Of a DNA stretch of 64,000 bases, positions 26,340 through 38,876 are shown one piece after another. This stretch comes from Chiloscyllium plagiosum (Eukaryota). The position numbers were made by a program, and so were the translations under genes. Position 1 is the stretch's first letter. The number at the start of each line of letters is the position of its first letter. The notes under the pieces were generated by a model. That model saw nothing but the letters and a program-made list of their open reading frames with translations. It did no database searches and was not told where the DNA came from. The stretch is taken from positions 71,524,511 to 71,588,510 of the forward strand of contig NC_057711.1 in the NCBI RefSeq assembly GCF_004010195.1, given 5' to 3'.

Positions 26340-26930
26340 CATCTGCATTTTGAGAATTCACAGCAAGTTAAACAGTGGCTCTTGGATGACAGCGAAGGTC
26401 ATGTAGCCAATGAAATGTGAATGAACTGACAATTGGATCGCTGAAGGGCAGTGGGGCGTATGAGTGTCTGTGAGAGAGTGTGTGTATGTGTGTATGTGTG
26501 TGAGTGTAAAGGACTACAAGTGTGTGAGACGGTGAGAGTTTGGGAGTATATGCGAGCGTATGAGAGAGAGCTTGTGTATGAGAGAAGGTCTGCGTGAGTG
26601 TATGGGTCTGTAGGAGTGTGTGTGTGTGTAGTGCAGTGGGGTCAGCTGTAGTGTGACATGAACCCAAGGTCCTGGTTGAGGCCATCCCCATGGGTATGGA
26701 ACTTGGCTATCAGCCTCTGCTCGGCCTTTGCGTTGTTGCCTGCCCCCAAATCTGCCTGGAGGATGGTCACCCGAAGGTCCAAGGTCGAATGTCCCAGACC
26801 ACTGAAGTATTCTATTGGGAGGGAACACTCCTGTCTGTTGATTGTTGTGCGGTGTCCATTTGTCTGTTGCTGCAGCCTCTGCTCAGTCTCACCAATGTAC
26901 CATGCCTCAGGGCATCCTTGTCTGCAGCGT
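26340..26930 (-). mobile_element. PLE: GIY-YIG endonuclease C-terminal half plus (CA)-rich 3' UTR
   Basis: Manual translation RCRQGCPEAWYIGETEQRL..NGHR...AEQRLIAKFHTHGDGLNQDLGFMSHY*. TG/GA-rich tract at 26455-26630. Runs into the gap. Confidence 0.85.
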
Positions 26931-27430
26931 NNNNNNNNNNNNNNNNNNNNNNNNNNNNNNNNNNNNNNNNNNNNNNNNNNNNNNNNNNNNNNNNNNNNNN
27001 NNNNNNNNNNNNNNNNNNNNNNNNNNNNNNNNNNNNNNNNNNNNNNNNNNNNNNNNNNNNNNNNNNNNNNNNNNNNNNNNNNNNNNNNNNNNNNNNNNNN
27101 NNNNNNNNNNNNNNNNNNNNNNNNNNNNNNNNNNNNNNNNNNNNNNNNNNNNNNNNNNNNNNNNNNNNNNNNNNNNNNNNNNNNNNNNNNNNNNNNNNNN
27201 NNNNNNNNNNNNNNNNNNNNNNNNNNNNNNNNNNNNNNNNNNNNNNNNNNNNNNNNNNNNNNNNNNNNNNNNNNNNNNNNNNNNNNNNNNNNNNNNNNNN
27301 NNNNNNNNNNNNNNNNNNNNNNNNNNNNNNNNNNNNNNNNNNNNNNNNNNNNNNNNNNNNNNNNNNNNNNNNNNNNNNNNNNNNNNNNNNNNNNNNNNNN
27401 NNNNNNNNNNNNNNNNNNNNNNNNNNNNNN
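26931..27430. other. Assembly gap (500 N)
   Basis: Run of N. Confidence 1.
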
Positions 27431-28249
27431 TAGGGATCATGTGTGTGCTACCACTTAGTGTCCCCAGAGAGGAAGTGGTTCCCAGAGTGGGGTCAAAGTT
27501 CATTGCTTTTTCTTTCACCTTATCATCGATGCCAAGCACCCATAGCTACAGTGATGGAGAGTGGGTTTGTGTTCATTTTCCAGCTGGCACTGGAGCCTGA
27601 GTGTCCAGGACAGTCACTGATTGTCAGTGGAGACAGCTCACATACTGGAGACAGCATGGTAATGAGAACTTTCAGGAACCCCTTTGTCCTTTGATCCAGC
27701 TTACCGAGTGTTTCTGGCAAACCTGCCTGATGTTCTTTTGCCTGTCTAATGGAGTGAGAACAGGAGGTCTTCTTTGCCTGGGGTTGAGCAGTTTCCTGGT
27801 CTCTGACAATCCTCTGATGACGAGTAACCTGGACGTGCAGCAGTAGAGCTAGAGCGAGTGGTAGTCCTGAGAAAGAGTGTGAGGTAGCAGATCGTGGTAC
27901 TAACATTGTGGAAATCATAGTACCCTGTCCAGAACAAATATTCACTTTCTTTGGGCTAAGTGTTGAATGTTGTGGTTCTAGCACCTCAGTGTGTGTACTA
28001 GTTCCTGGATTGTGAAATGGTGTATGTCTGTGCTTTCAATATGGTGCCAGAGGCATGAAAGCTGGATGATCCCAGTAGTGACTTACACATCTACCTATAT
28101 GGTCACACAATTCCGGAGAAAGGTACTCAAGAACCCAGTTGCATAGTTAAGAGGGTAAAGAGCAATAGTCTCTCTCAATATGTTTTCTGTTGCATGGATT
28201 TTCGATGCCTGTGTATGATAGTGCCTTCTGAAAGTGAAAACTAATATGT

Positions 28250-29700
28250 TGGCATATCAGTCAGTGTTTGCAGAACTGTGTGACTTTTCACAGAGGTACA
28301 AGTTTGTCTGATGACAAATTTGGCAAGAACTTGCCAAATCTTTCAGGAATCCAACTGCTTTCACACCTGTTGGACACTGAAATTCACCTACAGCTCTCAG
28401 CTTCTTAGGATTTGAGTGAAGTCCTTTTGCCATCTTTAAATGACATATATTGATATCAAGCACATTTGATTGCATCCTTTACTTGTTCAGCTTTAGGGTC
28501 TTTGAGAAAACTCGTTCTAACAGTTGCAATAGATTCTAATCATTGTCTATGATGGTTTCTTCCATTGTGCCTGTACATGCACAGACACGCAAGATCATCC
28601 ACAATCATTTCCACTCCAGGAAGATCAATAAGTATCTCATATCTGCATTGATACTCCTCCAGAGCAGTGGAAATGCTAAAAGACATATGCTATCATCTCA
28701 ATCTCCCAAGTGGCATTTAGAACAGAGCTAGAAAACTGTTGTTTTTTATCTGGTTTTACCTGCTAGTAACCATATTTTACAAAGCAGTGTAATGACATTT
28801 GCCTCATAGAGTTGAGGCAGCATTTCTTCAATAGATAGCAAGGGGTAGTGAGATTTCCTCAAAGCTTTGTTGAGATTCATTGGGTCAATGACATTCGCCA
28901 TTTTCAGGCCTTTTTTTTAATAGTTACTGTGCTTTTAATTCAGATTATAGCCATTGTCACTTTCTTGACTACTTCCTTTCTCGGCTCTTCTGATTTTCAG
29001 GCAGCATTTGAAAGTAGCTGGAATTCTCAACAACACATCTCACATGCCATCTTCAAGGCAGTCCTCACCAGAAGACACCCACAATCTGTGAAAACATCTT
29101 TGTCAGGATCTGTGCGGCCATTAATGACTTTGTGGCCTGTGAAATGCTGCAATTATTTTCTAACGTGTTTAGGATTACCAGCAACAGTCCATTTAAGTGC
29201 GTGGCTTGGGAAGCTAGGAACACACTGATCGCCAAGCCAACGCACAGCTTCTTGGCCCAGATGCAGCAGCCAAGTATGGACATCGGAGGCCTGCACAGCA
29301 GCACTAACAATTGGAGGGAACGTTGGTTTCGAATCCAAGGCCAGACATATGGATTTTGCTTCATGTCCACTTTCTGGAACTGCAGAAGCTTCATTCTTCC
29401 CATTATATTGAGCTCTCAGCTTCATTTTATTCCCCTTGGAATAAGCATCATTCCATCATATGGTCCCCCCTCTTTGAGGCCTTTGTTTTGGGTTACATTC
29501 TTATCAGACTTCACATAAGTCTGCTAGGTCATCGTGTTGCATGAAACTAATCACTTTCATTTGATTCTCTTGTTCTGCAGTCGTCATTCGATCACTCAGG
29601 AACTATTTATCATCTTTAGATCTGATGATGTTAATCTGTTGGATTGGGTAAAATGATTCTTCACTGTCATCAGCTGATAGTTTTCTAGTAGCCATCTTTA
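28250..29700 (-). mobile_element. Decayed Gypsy pol (RT clear; upstream gag/protease tentative)
   Basis: Across frameshifts: IDPMNLNKALRKSHYPLLSIEEMLPQL, GY*QVKPD, F*MPLGRLR**HMSFSISTALEEYQ, DLPGVEMIVDDL (IVDD at 28594-28605), and GLHSNPKKLRAVGEFQCPTGVKAV. Confidence 0.85.
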
Positions 29701-29896
29701 TAGGATGGCTTTTCTTTGTTCTAGCCTTGAACAAGGACCAATAGGAGGCCATTTCGTGCCGCAAACCGTTCAATAAAATCATGGTTGATTTTAACCCCAA
29801 GTTTAGGTTCCTACCTGTCACTGATTATCTTTCATCCATTTAATAATCAAGAATTATCTATCGCTGTTTTAAAAATATTAAAGATTCTGCATCTAT

Positions 29897-30207
29897 GGTG
29901 GCACAATGGCTCAGTGGTTTGCACTGCTGCCTCACAGCACCAGGGACCTGGATTCAATTTCCAGCCTTGGGTAACTGTCTGTGTGGAGTTTGCACATTCT
30001 CCCTGTGTCTGAGTCGGTTTCCTCCAGGTGCTCCGGTTTCCTCCCACAATCCAAAAAACGTACAGGTCAGATGAATTGGCCATGCTAAATTGCCAAAACA
30101 GGGGTAAATATGGGGCAGGATAATGGCTCTGGTTGGATTACTCTTCGGAGGGTCGGCGTGGACTTGTTGGGCCGAAGGGCCTGTTTCCATACTGTAGGGA
30201 ATCTAAT
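29897..30207 (+). mobile_element. HE1-like SINE
   Basis: Head ggtggcacaatggctcagtgg, V-domain core, tail gtagggaatctaat. Confidence 0.92.
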
Positions 30208-30627
30208 CCACTGCCTTTGGATGAAGGAAATTTCAAAGATTCACAACCCTCTGAGAGGGAAAAAAAGTCTGCATCTAATTTAAATGGGCAACCCTTATTT
30301 TTAGACTGTGACTTCTAGTTCTAGATTCTCCCACAAGAGGAAATATCTTTTCAACATTCACCCAGTTGTCTCCTCAGGACTTTATGTTTCAATTAAGTTT
30401 CTCTGACTCTACTAAACTCCAAAGAATACAGGCTTAGCTTGTCTAGCTTTTCTCATAAGGCAACCTGCTCATTTCAAGTATTAGTTGAGTAAACCTTCTC
30501 TGAATTGCTTCCAATGCATTAACATCTTTCTGTACATATGGTAACCAGTCTAGTACATAGTACTCCAGATACAGTCTCACCAATGCCCTGTACAACTAAA
30601 ACATAACCTCCCTACTCCCTAACCTCC

Positions 30628-31085
30628 CTATTGCATCACAGATTGGTATGGCAACTGCTCTGCCCAAGACTGCAAGTAATGACCAGCCCAGTCCATCATA
30701 CAAACCAGTCTTTCTTCCATTACTCTGTCTATACTTCCTGATGCCTCAGGAAAGCGGCTCATATAATCAAAGACCTGTTATACTCTCTTCCACCTTCTTC
30801 CATCAGGTTAAAGATACATACATTTGAGAATACGTACCAACAGATTCAAGAACAGATTCTTCCCCACTGTTATCAGACTTAAAGATGGCCCTTTCATATT
30901 TTAACATTGATCTTTCTCTTCACCTTGTCTGTAGCAATAACAATGCATCCTGCACTCTTCTATTACCCTGATGTACTTATGTAAAGTACAGTTTGCCTGG
31001 ATTACATGCAAAACAATCCTTTTCAGTGTATCTTGGTACATTTGACAATAATAACTCAAATCTAATCAAATCAAATCAAATCATT
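30628..31085 (+). mobile_element. Rex1/Babar-clade LINE 3' end
   Basis: CITDWYGNCSAQD...LFHLLPSG..RTNRFKNRFFPTVIRL; tail (aatca)n. Confidence 0.8.
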
Positions 31086-31396
31086 CAATTCCCCTCATAA
31101 TAAAACATTACATTCTATCAGCTTTTCTGATTATTTGCTGTACCTGCACATTACCCTTCAGCACTTCATACCCTAGAACACCTACATTTCTCTGCATTTC
31201 AGACAAATTGCTTTCTCTTATACTTTCTGACAAAATGGAAAATTTCACACTTTCCCACATTGAACTCCATTTGCCACATCTTTGACGCACTCATTTAACA
31301 TATCAATATCCATTGTATCGTTATGTCCTCTTCACAATTGACTTTTCTCCCTACCTTTATGTCATCAGTAAATTTAGCGACATACCCAACATCCAA

Positions 31397-32793
31397 ATAG
31401 AGTCATACAGTCACACAGATGTACAGCATGGAAACAGACCCTTCAGTCCAACCCGTCCATGCTGACCAGATATCCCAACCCAATCTAGTCCCACCTGCCA
31501 GCACCCGGCCCATATCCCTCCAAATCCTTCCTATTCATATACCCATCCAAATGCCTCTTAAATGTTGCAATTGTACCAGCTTCCACCAAATCCTCTGGCA
31601 GCTCATTCCATACACGTACCACCCTCTGCATGAAAAAGTTGCCCCTTAGGTCTCTTTTATATCTTTTCCCTCTCACCCTAAACCTATGCCCTCTAGTTCT
31701 GGACTCCCCAACCCCAGGGAGAAGACTTTGTCTATTTATCCTATCCATGCCCCTCATAATTTTTTAACCCCATATAAGGTCACCCCTCAGCCTCCAACGC
31801 TCCAGGGAAAACAGCCCCAGCCTGTTCAGTCTCTCCCTATAGCTCAGATCACTTCTCTAGCTTCCCACAGAGTTCTCGAGTACACCTGATCAGGTCCTGG
31901 GGATTTATCTGCTTTTAACCGTTTCAAGACATCCAGCACTTCCTCCTCTGTAATCTGGACATTTTGCAAGATGTCATCATCTATTTCCCTACAGTCTATA
32001 TCTTCCATATCCTTTTCCACAGTAAATACTGATGCAAAATATTCATTTAGTATCTCCCCCATTTTCTGTGGCACCACACAAAGGCCACCTTGCTGATCTT
32101 TGAAGGGCCCTATTCTCTCCCTAGTTACCCTTTTGTCCTTAATATATTTGTAAAAACCCTTTGGATTCTCCTTAATCCTATTTGCCAAAGCTATCTCATG
32201 TCCCTCCGGATTTCCCTCTTAAGTATACTCCTACTTTCTTTATACTCTTCTAAGGATTCACTCAATCTATCCTGTCTATACCTGACATATGCTTCTTTCT
32301 TTTTCTTAACCAAACCCTCAATTATTTTAGTCATCCAGCATTCCCTATACCTACCAGCCTTCCCTTTCACCCTGACAGGAATATACTTTCTCTGGATTCG
32401 TGTTATCTCATTTCTGAAGGCTTCCCATTTTCCAGCCGTCCCTTTACCTGCGAACATCTGCCTCCAATCAGCTTTCGAAACGTCTTGCCTAATATTGGCC
32501 TTTCTCCAATTTAGGACTTCAACTTTTAGATCTGGTCTATCCTTTTCCATCACTATTTTAAAACAAATAGAATTATGGTCGCTGGCCCCAAAGTGCTCCC
32601 CCACTGACATCTCAGTCACCTGCCCTGCCCTATTTCCCAAGAATAGGTCAAGTTTTGCACCTTCTCTCATAGGTACATCCATATACAGAATCAGAAAATT
32701 GTCTTGTACACACTTAAGAAATTCGTCTCTATCTAAACCTTTAACACTATGACAGTCCCAGTCGATGTTTGGAAAGTTAAAATCCCCTCCCAT
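31397..32793 (-). mobile_element. Young CR1 with the RT domain deleted
   Basis: EN (GDFNFPNIDW, DHNSI) and tether (KSPGPDQVY) are fused at ~31850 directly to the ORF2 C-terminus and 3' tail. Confidence 0.95.
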
Positions 32794-35337
32794 GACTTTT
32801 CTATAATTGTAAAGAACTGAGACCCAAGCATTGACGCCTGTGGCACACCACTCGCGATATCTTGCTGGCCTGAAGAAAGACTTATTTGTTCCTAACCTCT
32901 GTCTCCAGAATGCAAAGTGTTCTGTTTCTTACAAGTAGAGCAGTATGCAGGACATGCTTCCTTTTTTCATTGTGCGATGTCCTCTGCAATATTTATATCC
33001 CATCCTCTGGCCTTTCCTGGCTTTTCTGCAAATACTTTTCTTTCTACTAATCTGTCAATCTCATTTGTCCTGAAATGTTTCTCAAGTAAATCTTCATTAA
33101 GATGCCAAAAATCCCATTAATACATTGAGTATTGAGATTCTCAGAGATTCTGCATATCAATAGTGTTCTTCAAAGTTTTTTTTCTCTCTCAGCAGACGTG
33201 TTCTGATTGTTTGCTATGCTTAAGACAATCCTATCTCTGATCAGATCACCTTGCAATTGCCAGACTCAAAGGATTACATTGAATATATCAGAGAAGTCAC
33301 ATACTGATCCATTGCTCTCTTTCCCCTTGAGTTCTGAGGTTGAATAGATACTGTTCATACATGGAACGCTCATACATGGTTCAAAACTTACAAAATTTCT
33401 GCTGTTTGGCTTTCCTGCTCCTCAGTGGGATCTCGGCAAGCCAACTTGTTGTGCTGTATCTCCAGCACTAGCAGTAGAGTGCAACTCTTATATGTTCAGG
33501 TTTCGTACATAACCCTCTGTTTATTTCATACTATTGCCACTAAGGGTATAAAAGCATCAATTCTGTCTTCTATCTGCTTTCATTTTCACAGCAGCAGGAC
33601 AAGGAAAAGGCACAGCCATTTTGACTCACCTAGTAATTCAAAGTCACAGTCTGTTGTTTCCAACTTCTTCTTTCTGTCAGTAGCTGAGCTTTGCAGCTCT
33701 AACATTCCACACATTTTTATCTGCTCCAATCTGATGCTCTATTCCAAGTGATGTGTGTGTTTTAATGGCTGCCATACAGAAGCACTTACAACAGAGGTAG
33801 AGGTGACATCAATACTGAAAGCCAGCCAGGACATTAAAGGTTCAATTGCAATTCTCCTAATGGGCATGAATGATCTACAATGTTAAACCAGTTCAGATAG
33901 GGCTCTAGACTGAATGAAATTAATATTCTAACTGATGTAGTATCACTTGATATTAAGATTTGCAGAAAAAAAATCTTTTCATGGCATCAAGCTAAAGGAC
34001 TTTGTTTTTATGAAGAAATAAAACACCAGAGATGTTCAGGGTAGTGCAATCAGTTTTAAAAGCTGTAATCTCCCACAGCAGCTGCCCCTCCACTTACCTG
34101 AAGTGTAACTTGATTAAAATTGGCTGATTTAGAAAATGTGAATTCAATATAGATTGTTTTACCCATCGTGGATTTTGCAAAGCTTGTAACTATTTGTACA
34201 CACAAGGCTCAGCATGACTGGCACATGAGCAAGATCACGAGCCCATAGTTAAACCATTCTTTAATAGAAAACAATGAACAATCAACTGGCACTGAATAAC
34301 ACCATGTGTCTCTAGCTACCAGGAAGGCCACTTGAATGTAAAATATTTTCAAACAATATCACTTGGTTTAAGTCAAACACTTTGCAAATTCCAGCACGCA
34401 GCTATTGAGCAATGAATCACTTTTAGTAATTGGAATAATTTGGATTACTCTACCAAATGCTTAGGAACCAGCCAAACATTCTGATTAGATGTGGCTGAAT
34501 ATGATAAAAACTAGTTCTACTTCTATCCAATATGTAACTTATGATTTTTTTTTAAATGTAAAATTCAGAATGTATTTTACTTAACACTCTCAAATTTGTC
34601 ATGATTAATATTAACTAAATGAAATAACTATGTAGTACTCAGCACACGTTTCTGGTAACTGTCTATGAAAGGAGGACACCACTGTTAGAGAAGTCTGCTG
34701 CATGACATGTATGACACCAATTGGTTTAATGCATAATTAGAAACTGCCCTTATAGTGGATGTGATTAATTGACATTAATTAAAGAAGCAAATTATAGTTG
34801 GTTAATGCACAACTGTTTGAGAACAGGTAATACACAAGATTGACTGTCACTGCAGGCAAACGCTAATACTCATTGCCAACATTCTAAACAGAATGTTGAA
34901 AATATATAAATCAAGTAAACCCACAGTTGACAGCTAAATAACAGAAGTGCTGAACTCATTCCAAGTGAGACAGTCCACTCAGCTGCAGTCTGTTTGTCTG
35001 TACATGGATCCCTAGTGCTTTGTATGTTAGTGTAGTAAATTCTCTACTGCAAGACTTCTGCCAAGTCTGCAGCATGATCCTGACAACATTCTTTTCAAGC
35101 CAAAAATGAAATCCTCTCCTGCAAGCTGGGATGACATGCTGTTTTTTTGGCTACATTTCTGCTGTGTCTCTGTCAGTACTGGCAAAGAGACTTGTTTATT
35201 TGATGTGTTGTGGTTAGCATGACTCACCGCAGAATACCTGCATTCTGGTCCAGCTCTTTTTCTCTTACAGGTAAACTATTTTGTTCCCTTTTCCATCTCA
35301 CTTGCTTCAAATTTTGCACTGGCCGAGGAGAGTACCA

Positions 35338-35735
35338 TTCATAGACTCATAGTCATAGAGTTGTACAGCACAGAAACAGACCCTTCTGTTCAACTCGTCC
35401 ATGCTGACCAAATATCCTAAACTGATCGAGACCCATGTATTAGCATTTGGCTCATATCCCTCTAAACCCTTCCTACTCACAAAACATCCAGATGTCCTTT
35501 AAGTGTTGTAATTGTATCCACCTCTACCATTTCGTCTGACAGCTCATTCCATACACTGCCACCCTCCACATGAAAAAGTTGCTCCTCAGGCCCCTTTTAA
35601 ATCTTGCCCCTCTCACATTAAACCTATTCCCTCTAGTTTTGGATTCCCTACCCTGGGACAAAGACCTTTACGCTTCACCTTATCCATGGCCCACATGATA
35701 TTATAAAATTTATAAGGTCAACCCTCAGCCCCCAA
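35338..35735 (-). mobile_element. CR1 3' end
   Basis: Tail catagtcatagagttgtacagcacagaaacagaccc. Confidence 0.9.
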
Positions 35736-36509
35736 CAGTGTCAGAATCCATTTTTAACTGAAACATTCAAAAATAAGTTAGTGGTGAACATTCAACACTC
35801 AACTTTGAAGGGATGCAGTTATACAATATAATAAAAACACCCATGTACCTTAATACCAAAGGTTGTGTTATAGGTTTAACATTTTTGAACATCCCCCTCC
35901 ATTTTGTAGGATTTTCAACTGGGAGTGTCAAACACAGACTAAGTAACACCTTACGGAATGAATAAGCAATTTGAAGCCAGAATTCTTTCTCAAGGCTATT
36001 TTCATGTCCCAGGGATGCTATTTCCAGATTAGTTATTGATCAAAGCTTGGTTTCAGTAGATTCACGCATCCACATACTTACAATTAGTTCATGGTGTGGG
36101 GAACAGCATGAATTATAGAGAAAATTTTAAAAATGTACATCTCATTCTGCTCTGCTTCACTTTCAAGGCTTTGGGTCCTTCATTATTGGAAGATTTCTGC
36201 ACATGGTTATTTCCACAGGATTTTTTTCCGATTTCTCACTATTAGATTGGTAGCAACTGTGGAGAAATGCCAGAATGCATTGTAATTTGCAGGCTCTGTC
36301 AATCTTTCTGAAAGGTTGACCAACCTTGTGCTGAAGTTGAGACAAAAGATTGGGAAGTCCCAGAGAAATTCTCCTGCTTGAAGTTAAAAATGTTGTCTGG
36401 CATAAATGATGTAATTCCGACCAAATGGCTTACTTAGATAATGGGAAACTCAAAGACACATGCGCAATATTCACAAAGACCAACAAAGACTAGAAAAAGG
36501 CCTGTCATT

Positions 36510-36606
36510 AGCTGAAACAAAAACAGAAATACTGGAGAAATTCAGCAGGTCTGGCAGTATCTGTGGAGAGAAAAGCAGATTATCATTCTGACCTTTTGTC
36601 AGAATT
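36510..36606 (-). mobile_element. PLE 3'-end fragment ending in a small hairpin
   Basis: ctggagaaattcagcaggtctggcagtatct, then ttctgac-cttt-tgtcagaa. Confidence 0.55.
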
Positions 36607-37089
36607 GCAGAGCAATCATCAGCTGAAGCTGGCAAGAATGAATTTTATACCTTTGAAATTACACACCATGGACCCCACAAAATCTTCTGGAGTCAGGCAT
36701 GTTCATCTCAGCATAATGAATTCCAATGAGTCAAAGCTCAATGTTTCAAAAAGCATATCAAGGGCTGCTGCAGGGATTTAAGGCTACACCAGGATTCTAC
36801 AAAAAGAATACTTCACTTGGTAAACCTTCCTCATGCCTTTTTTTCATTGGTACTATCTTTAACAAGTACCGGCATGCTTAGTTATTCCTAATTTCAAATA
36901 CTTAATGTAGATGAGATGTTAGGTTAGGTTATGAAGGCTAAATGATTTTTATAAAATTCAAGAGGTAATTAGGCCCTGTGATGATGGAATTGAAGATATC
37001 AATGGAAGGATGACCTAGCATGGTCAAAAGAAGCTCCTTTATCTGGTTTTACCTTTCCAATCTCCAGTAAAATACTAGATAGAGTAATG

Positions 37090-37257
37090 TCAAAGCCCTC
37101 CGCTTATTTCTTTCCCGCCGTATCAAAGCCCTCCGCTTCTTTCTTTCCCGCCGTATCAAAGCCTTCCGCTTCTTTCTTTCCCGCCGTACTCAAAGCCCTC
37201 CGCTTCTTTCTTTCCCGCCGTACTCAAAGCCCTCCGCTTCTTTCTTTCCTGCCGTAC
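37090..37257 (+). repeat. 5x tandem repeat of a 33-34 bp unit derived from PLE RT coding sequence
   Basis: tcaaagccctccgcttctttctttcccgccgta(c) at 37090, 37123, 37156, 37190 and 37224. Confidence 0.97.
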
Positions 37258-37451
37258 CGACCAGTACCCTTCCACTGACACCCTCCTTCGACTGACTGAA
37301 CTGGTCCTCACCCTGAACAACTTCTCTTTCCAATCCTCCCACTTCCTCCAAACGAAAGGAGTAGCCATGGGCACCCACATGGGCCCCAGCTATGCCTGCC
37401 TCTTCGTAGGATATGTGGAACAATCCATCTTCCGCAACTACACTGGCACCA
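37223..37451 (+). mobile_element. PLE reverse-transcriptase fragment
   Basis: LKALRFFLSCRTDQYPSTDTLLRLTELVLTLNNFSFQSSHFLQTKGVAMGTHMGPSYACLFVGYVEQ (PLE GVAMG motif); open frame. Confidence 0.92.
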
Positions 37452-37727
37452 GGGTAGACCATTTAGGTCAGAGATGAGGAGAAACGTCTTCACTCAGAGA
37501 GTGGTGGCTGTGTGGAATGCTCTGCCCGAGTGGGCAGTGGAGGCCCAGTCTCTGGATTCATTTAAGAAAGAGTTGGATAGAGCTCTCAAGGATAGTGGAA
37601 TCAAGGGTTATGGAGATAAGGCAGGAACAGGATACTGATTAAGGATGATCAGCCACGATCATATTGAATGGCGGTGCAGGCTCGAAGGGCAAAATAGCCT
37701 ACTCCTGCACCTATTGTCTATTGTCTA
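37452..37727 (+). mobile_element. CR1 3' end fused to the PLE fragment
   Basis: FTQRVVAVWNALP..FKKELD; tail ctattgtctattgtcta. Confidence 0.9.
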
Positions 37728-37734
37728 AAGGAGA

Positions 37735-38045
37735 ACCAAATGAGTTTCTCCGAAAATCAACAACAGTTTCGTGGTCATCATTAGACTCTTAACCCTAGAT
37801 TTTGTTTTTAATTAAATACAAATTTGACCATCTGCCATAGCAGAATTCAAACCTGGGTTTCCAGAACATTACCAGGGTCTCAGGGTTAACACTGCAGCGA
37901 TAATACCACAAGGCCCCTGCCTCCTCTACATCTCCTGACAGTGCAGCGAGAAATGTCAACATGTGTGAGGTGCTCAGGTACTAAAGTGGGTCTTGAACTC
38001 TTAACCGCTGTCTCAGGGAAAGTGTGCTACCACTGAGATAAAGGA
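37735..38045 (-). mobile_element. Old tRNA-derived SINE head fragments (two)
   Basis: B-box-like gaattcaaacc (~37845) and tcttgaac (~37990), each followed by an A-box-like segment. Confidence 0.5.
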
Positions 38046-38281
38046 CAATTTCCTCCATGTTTAGGTCTTCCGCGGCGTTGGAAAGTTTGACTTTGAAAGA
38101 TAAAAACCCATGACAATTCTGCAAATCCCTGCCTTTGATCAGTGTCATTAAATAATACAGCAGATGCCCACAGAACGTGATTTGAGACTGCGGTGTTATT
38201 CACTCCATTGTCACTGCTGTTTTCCAACAGCTCAAAGTCATTTAATAACTGAGTCATTTGTCTCAGTCAAATCCATCGAAT

Positions 38282-38546
38282 TCAGCACCGCCTTCCTAAC
38301 CTGCAATCTTCTTCCCGACCTCTCCGCCCCCATCCCAGTCTGACCTATCACCCTCACCTTGACCTCTTTCCACCTATCACATTTCCGACGCCCCTCCCCC
38401 AAGTCCCTCCTCCCTACCTTTTATCTTAGCCTGCTGGACAAACTTTCCTCATTCCTGAAGAAGGGCTTGTGCCCGAAACGTCGATTCTCCTGTTCCCTGG
38501 ATGCTGCCTGACCTGCTGCGCTTTTCCAGCAACACATTTCCAGCTA
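38282..38546 (+). mobile_element. PLE 3' UTR/pLTR fragment with hammerhead
   Basis: Nearly identical (reverse complement) to 42640-42905. Confidence 0.9.
38449..38488 (+). ncRNA. Minimal hammerhead ribozyme motif
   Basis: attc-CTGAAGA(38455-61)-a-GGGC-ttgt-GCCC-GAAAC-GTC(38480-82)-gatt. Predicted cleavage after 38482. Confidence 0.78.
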
Positions 38547-38876
38547 ATGTCAACATTAGCAGCAGAGTGATTTATCTGTTTAAGACTCCCAAAATGAATT
38601 AATGGTAAGGTACATGTAGATGGGTAGTTCTTCATCATAGCTACTACACAATGCTGCTACTCACAGTCTTAATCTGAAGGTGACCAACTACATCAGCATT
38701 ACCTTGTCCTACTTACTATTGACTGCTTTTGGACACAGGGGCTGATGGACTGCATTGGACCTCACAGGGTTGGTTCATTTGGGTTAAGTCAAACAGTGTT
38801 ATTCTAAAACATTTCATTATGATTCTATGCCTTCAGTAATACCTCACTCTTCAAAACTGTGATTTGACCTAAATTA

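Larger units (their letters stand above)
29730..32910 (-). mobile_element. Old CR1 hosting a SINE, a Rex1/Babar LINE and a younger CR1
   Basis: CR1 tail at ~29735; CR1 sequence continues at 30210-30625, 31085-31395 and 32795-32910. Confidence 0.75.

Noticed and set aside
26658..27600. Long ORFs of 210-266 aa
   Set aside because: Artefacts of translating through the N gap.
27431..28250. Integrase or env continuation of the Gypsy relic
   Set aside because: No convincing HHCC, DDE or env motifs by manual translation; left unassigned.
29897..29965. tRNA gene
   Set aside because: tRNA-derived SINE head continuing into the SINE body; the same holds for the other HE1-like copies.
32090..32752. 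220-aa hydrophobic plus-strand ORF
   Set aside because: Antisense of the CR1 endonuclease region.
37090..37257. CRISPR-like 33-bp repeats
   Set aside because: Head-to-tail with no spacers, derived from PLE RT sequence, eukaryotic context.
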